DNA of 46,813 nucleotides from Nemertoderma westbladi (taxonomy: Eukaryota > Animalia > Xenacoelomorpha), in assembly GCA_032718475.1 (NCBI GenBank), contig JAUCBJ010009101.1:1-46813 (forward strand). The letters are read 5' to 3'. The notes below the pieces were generated by a model. The model was not told the DNA's origin and made no database searches. It was given only the letters and a program-made list of their open reading frames with translations. Shown in pieces: positions 45,412 to 46,813 of this stretch. Position 1 is the first letter of the stretch. Each line of letters opens with the position of its first letter. A program made the position numbers and the translations under genes.

Positions 45412-46741
45412 GGCGTTCTACGGCTGGTTGGCGCATTGCCGGCACCTCAACACCGTTCGCACCCATCTCTCTGGCCTCATTCACAAACGAATCGAGCCGC
45501 GCACCGACGCTGCCGTTGGCGTTACGCTCGACGATTGGAACCGATGCCTCCGACCCGACGGGTCTGTAAGCGATTCCTCCGATCTCGTACGACGGGTTTA
45601 CTACGGAGGGGTTTCGCACTCTCTCCGTCGGAACCTCTGGCCGTACCTCCTCGGCCACTACAAGTTCAACAGCAGCGGCGAGGAGCGCAAAATCGTCGAT
45701 GAGATTGCGGAAGGCGGATACTTCGCGCTGCTCGAGGAGTTAGAATCGGTGGAGGAAGCCATAAAGAACCGGGATAGTTGTTCCTCTACCAGTAGCAATC
45801 GCTTGTCCTCGGACAGCTCGGTCGAGGGCTCGCCCGGTTACGCGCTCGTCCATCAGAACTCCTCGCTCTGCTCCGAGGTCTTCGAGGAAGTCGACTCGAG
45901 TTTCCCGAGTTCCGACCCGCTGGGGAGTCTCGGTCGAGGGAGCGTAGCGAGTTCGGATAGGAGTTCCTCGTTGGCGCGCTCGTCGGACGACGGCGATACG
46001 ATGCGGGACCGGGCCGGATCGACCCGTACGGCCTCGGATTCCGTCGATAAAGGTCTCTACTCGAAGCAGCTCCTCGACGCCTTCGCCCTCAACATCCACC
46101 GCATCGACAAGGACGTCCAACGCTGCGACCGAAACTACTGGTACTTCACGCGGGACAACCTCGACAAATTGCGCCGCGTTATGTGCTGCTACGTGTGGAA
46201 AAATCTATCTGTCGGATACATCCAGGGAATGTGCGACCTCGTCGCCCCTATTCTCGTCATCCTAGACGACGAACCTAAATGTTTCAGCTGCTTCGTCAAC
46301 CTCATGAAGCGAATGACCAAGAACTTTCCCCACGGCGGTACTAGCACCATGGACAGCCACTTCTCCAACATGCGTTCCCTCATACAGATCCTGGACCCCG
46401 AACTGTTCGAGTTGTTCCACCAGAATGGCGACTACACCCACTTCTACTTCTGCTACCGCTGGTTCCTCCTCGACTTTAAGCGCGAGCTCGTCTACGACGA
46501 CGTCTTCGCGGTGTGGGAGACCATCTGGGCCGCCCAGTCTGTGACCACGAACAACTTCGTGCTCTTTATCGCGTTGGCTCTTGTCGAGGCCTACAGAGAC
46601 ATTATCCTCGATAACAACATGGACTTCACCGATATCATTAAGTTCTTCAACGAGATGGCCGAGAAACACGACGCCCAACACGTTCTCCAACTCAGCCGCA
46701 ACCTCGTCCATAGACTCCACGAGATCATTGAGAACAAGTGA
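45412..46741 (+). CDS. SGSM1: SGSM1/2-like, coding exon 2: TBC domain
   Basis: Acceptor ttgcag| at 45411; the phase-2 join gives QIISRAFYGWLAHCRHL; IHRIDKDVQRCDR, GYIQGMCDL, YFCYRWFLLDFKRE, NNMDFTDIIKFFNEMAE; spliced product 972 aa. Confidence 0.94.
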
Positions 46742-46813
46742 GTCTATTATCGACCTAGGTACTGTTATTGAATCAACATAACTTCAGGTTTGTTATTGAT
46801 GTGCTGATTGTGT

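Overview
AT-rich eukaryotic, probably invertebrate animal, genomic window made mostly of nested transposable elements, with one host gene at the right end. The centrepiece is a complete, young, 20.6-kb BEL/Pao LTR retrotransposon on the minus strand (3972-24553; 1.25-kb TGTA...TACA LTRs; 5-bp TSD GGTCT). Besides an open 2696-aa gag-pol, it carries in the env position a second reading frame of about 1380-1420 codons that is not an env. That frame has a Cys/His motif, a coiled coil, a DEDDy (WRN/EXD/Mut-7-like) 3'-5' exonuclease-like domain, three CCHC zinc knuckles and a basic tail, and is broken by two single in-frame stops and a probable frameshift. The element has no tRNA primer-binding site. 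Instead the 11 nt abutting the 5' LTR are exactly complementary to an 11-mer inside the LTR, reminiscent of Tf1-type self-priming. A 5'-truncated Penelope-like element with a degenerate hammerhead sits in its leader. The whole element lies inside a foldback/MULE-like element, which lies inside a hAT MITE. Many more TIR+TSD-defined non-autonomous elements, LINE fragments, a SINE and satellites follow. The host gene is a two-exon SGSM1/2-like RUN-TBC Rab-GAP (41177-46741, +).
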